Below, in pieces: positions 6,433-7,569 of a stretch of 7,569 nt of DNA. The number at the start of each line of letters is the position of its first letter. Position 1 is the stretch's first letter. Source of the DNA: a virus (taxonomy: Duplodnaviria > Heunggongvirae > Uroviricota > Caudoviricetes); the IMG/VR virus record IMGVR_UViG_2657244940_000004, one strand, 5' to 3'. The notes beneath the pieces were generated by a model that was not told the DNA's origin, ran no database searches, and worked only from the letters and a program-made list of their open reading frames with translations. A program made the translations under genes and the position numbers.

Positions 6433-6474
6433 TTAATCATATTTAATCATAGTGATTACTTTCAGACGGAACAA
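6433..6474 (-). promoter_or_regulatory. Putative promoter and autoregulatory operator of the toxin-antitoxin operon
   Basis: Minus strand: -35 TTGTTC (rc of 6469-6474), 17-nt spacer, -10 TATGAT (rc of 6446-6451). A second TATGAT lies 10 bp downstream (rc of 6436-6441), forming a direct repeat TGATTAAATATGATTAA over the -10 region, the sort of site an RHH antitoxin would bind. Confidence 0.35.
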
Positions 6475-7321
6475 GGCAAATAATGCGCGTCAGCGCATGT
6501 AAGGCGGCATACGGTGGTTACATGTAGCACAGGTGTGAAACCGCCGAAGCCCGGCGTAAGCCGGTACATATTGATAGATTTCACCTTACCCATCCCCAGC
6601 CCTGCTAAGCCATACCCGCTTTCAGCCATGACAGAGCTTCTGTGCGCGGTCGGAGTGGTCCCGACGAGGGTTTACCCGAAGTCGGGGCGTATCTCCGCGT
6701 TAGCGGGCCGTCAGGGCCGCTTACGAGCGTGTACTCGATACGTCCAGCCAGAAGACTGGCAGCGATGACAATGTAGTTACAACATTCATAATTAAAAGCG
6801 ATGTTGTTCCCGCCCTTTGGGCGGGGGCGGCCTCGCTTTTCAGTTATGAGGGGTGGGCACGGTGCTGCGTTTGTGTGGTGTTTTTATTCCTGATGTCTTT
6901 TTGCTGTGGTTTCAGAACGGTGAGGTTCGGGGCCCGCGCGTCAGCGTGGGAGGTGCATATCAGTCTGTCCACAGGACAGGCATTGAACAGGTTTTCTTTT
7001 TAAATGGAAGTAATTAAGTAGTTTAAAGGAAATACAGTACTGGAGTTTAAAAGAAACATTGCACCCTGTAACGCCTGCGGCTGGCGCTTTATAGCATTAA
7101 CGGTTGTAACCTTATGGAGAAGTCCCTTGCAGTTAAATGTGGATAAACAGAATTACCCGTCTGTGAGACGTGTTTTGCGTGAAAAACAGGGGGAGCATGA
7201 TGAGCCGGAAGGCAGATGATGAGGCTGTTTTTTGTGTGCTGTGCTGCTTTTTTGTGCGTCGCCGGGCTTCAGACGTGCGGAAGCCTCCGGCGCAGGCCGG
7301 ATTATTCAGATGAGGTCAAAC

Positions 7322-7569
7322 TCAGGGTGAGGCAGTGGCCAGCCGTGTGTAGTTGTTGTTCCGCGACATTATCATTCGTTCCTTCACGCGACGGTCGATT
7401 TCGCGCTTCACGGCCTCCAGGCTTCCGCGGAAACGCCCTTCCGCGATTTCACGTGTCAGCTGCCGTTTCACCAGGGTGACAATGTCCTGACGGGTCCTGC
7501 CTGCATCGCGGCGCGCACGGGCACGTTTCATGCCGTGGGACTTAAGCTCTGCCTGATAACTGCGGAAAC
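7322..7569 (-). CDS. Basic protein of unknown function, partial; frame open to the window edge, N-terminus may lie outside
   Basis: Minus-strand frame is open from the window edge to the stop at 7322 (...FRSYQAELKSHGMKRARARRDAGRTRQDIVTLVKRQLTREIAEGRFRGSLEAVKREIDRRVKERMIMSRNNNYTRLATASP). The internal Met at 7531 has no SD. Arg/Lys-rich and helical-looking, suggesting nucleic-acid binding. A 5-bp hairpin (7287-7300) follows the stop. No family recognised. Confidence 0.45.
   Translation of the reverse strand, partial: FRSYQAELKSHGMKRARARRDAGRTRQDIVTLVKRQLTREIAEGRFRGSLEAVKREIDRRVKERMIMSRNNNYTRLATASP

Noticed and set aside
6514-6768. Plus-strand 84-aa ORF in the hairpin-rich region
   Set aside because: Pro/Arg/Gly-rich with no SD and it spans several perfect hairpins; more consistent with structured non-coding DNA.
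6485-6946. 11-nt direct repeat GCGCGTCAGCG at about 6485-6495 and 6935-6945
   Set aside because: Several 11-mer repeats are expected by chance in a 7.5-kb window, so this alone is not evidence of iterons.
6480-6960. Possible tRNA or tmRNA (integration target) in the GC-rich hairpin region
   Set aside because: I found no T-arm consensus (GGTTCGA/GTTCAAATCC-like) or cloverleaf-compatible spacing; GGTTCGGGGCC at about 6925 does not fit. Not callable by eye.
7216-7479. Plus-strand 87-aa ORF at the right end
   Set aside because: Its 3' two-thirds is antisense to the basic minus-strand ORF and is Arg/Ser/Pro-rich; only the first part is in an intergenic region, where the alternative 38-aa frame from 7197 has the better SD.
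1-7569. CRISPR array, IS element or transposase
   Set aside because: No regularly spaced direct repeats of 24-48 bp were seen, no long terminal inverted repeats, and no ORF with transposase or recombinase motifs; the only repeats are operator-type palindromes and short hairpins.

Overview
This window looks like the immunity (immC-type) region of a P22/lambda-like enterobacterial prophage, with accessory cargo to its right. All calls rest on reading the sequence and on recalled family motifs; no database search or RNA folding was run. Left to right: a leftward early operon (YfdR-like HD hydrolase, truncated at the window edge; YfdQ-like; YfdP-like) driven from a PL-like promoter; a P22 c2/lambda cI-like repressor with an intact LexA-type autocleavage domain; a tripartite OR-like operator with divergent PR/PRM; a P22 Cro-like gene; a 192-aa unknown ORF; and a Rha-family regulator. 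The right half carries a minus-strand ParE/RelE-family toxin with a ribbon-helix-helix antitoxin, an AT-rich segment with an orphan 93-aa gene, about 0.7 kb with no credible ORF but many GC-rich hairpins (6480-7200), and a basic partial ORF at the right edge. The PL and PR promoter-operator modules are 27/30 identical and share a 16-bp palindromic operator family (TGTAGGAT/ATCCAACA). No tRNA, rRNA, CRISPR array or recognisable IS element was found. The best candidates for undescribed biology are the ORF-free hairpin-rich block at 6480-7200, the 600-nt stop-free stretch upstream of rha, and the AT-rich orphan-gene segment next to the toxin-antitoxin pair.
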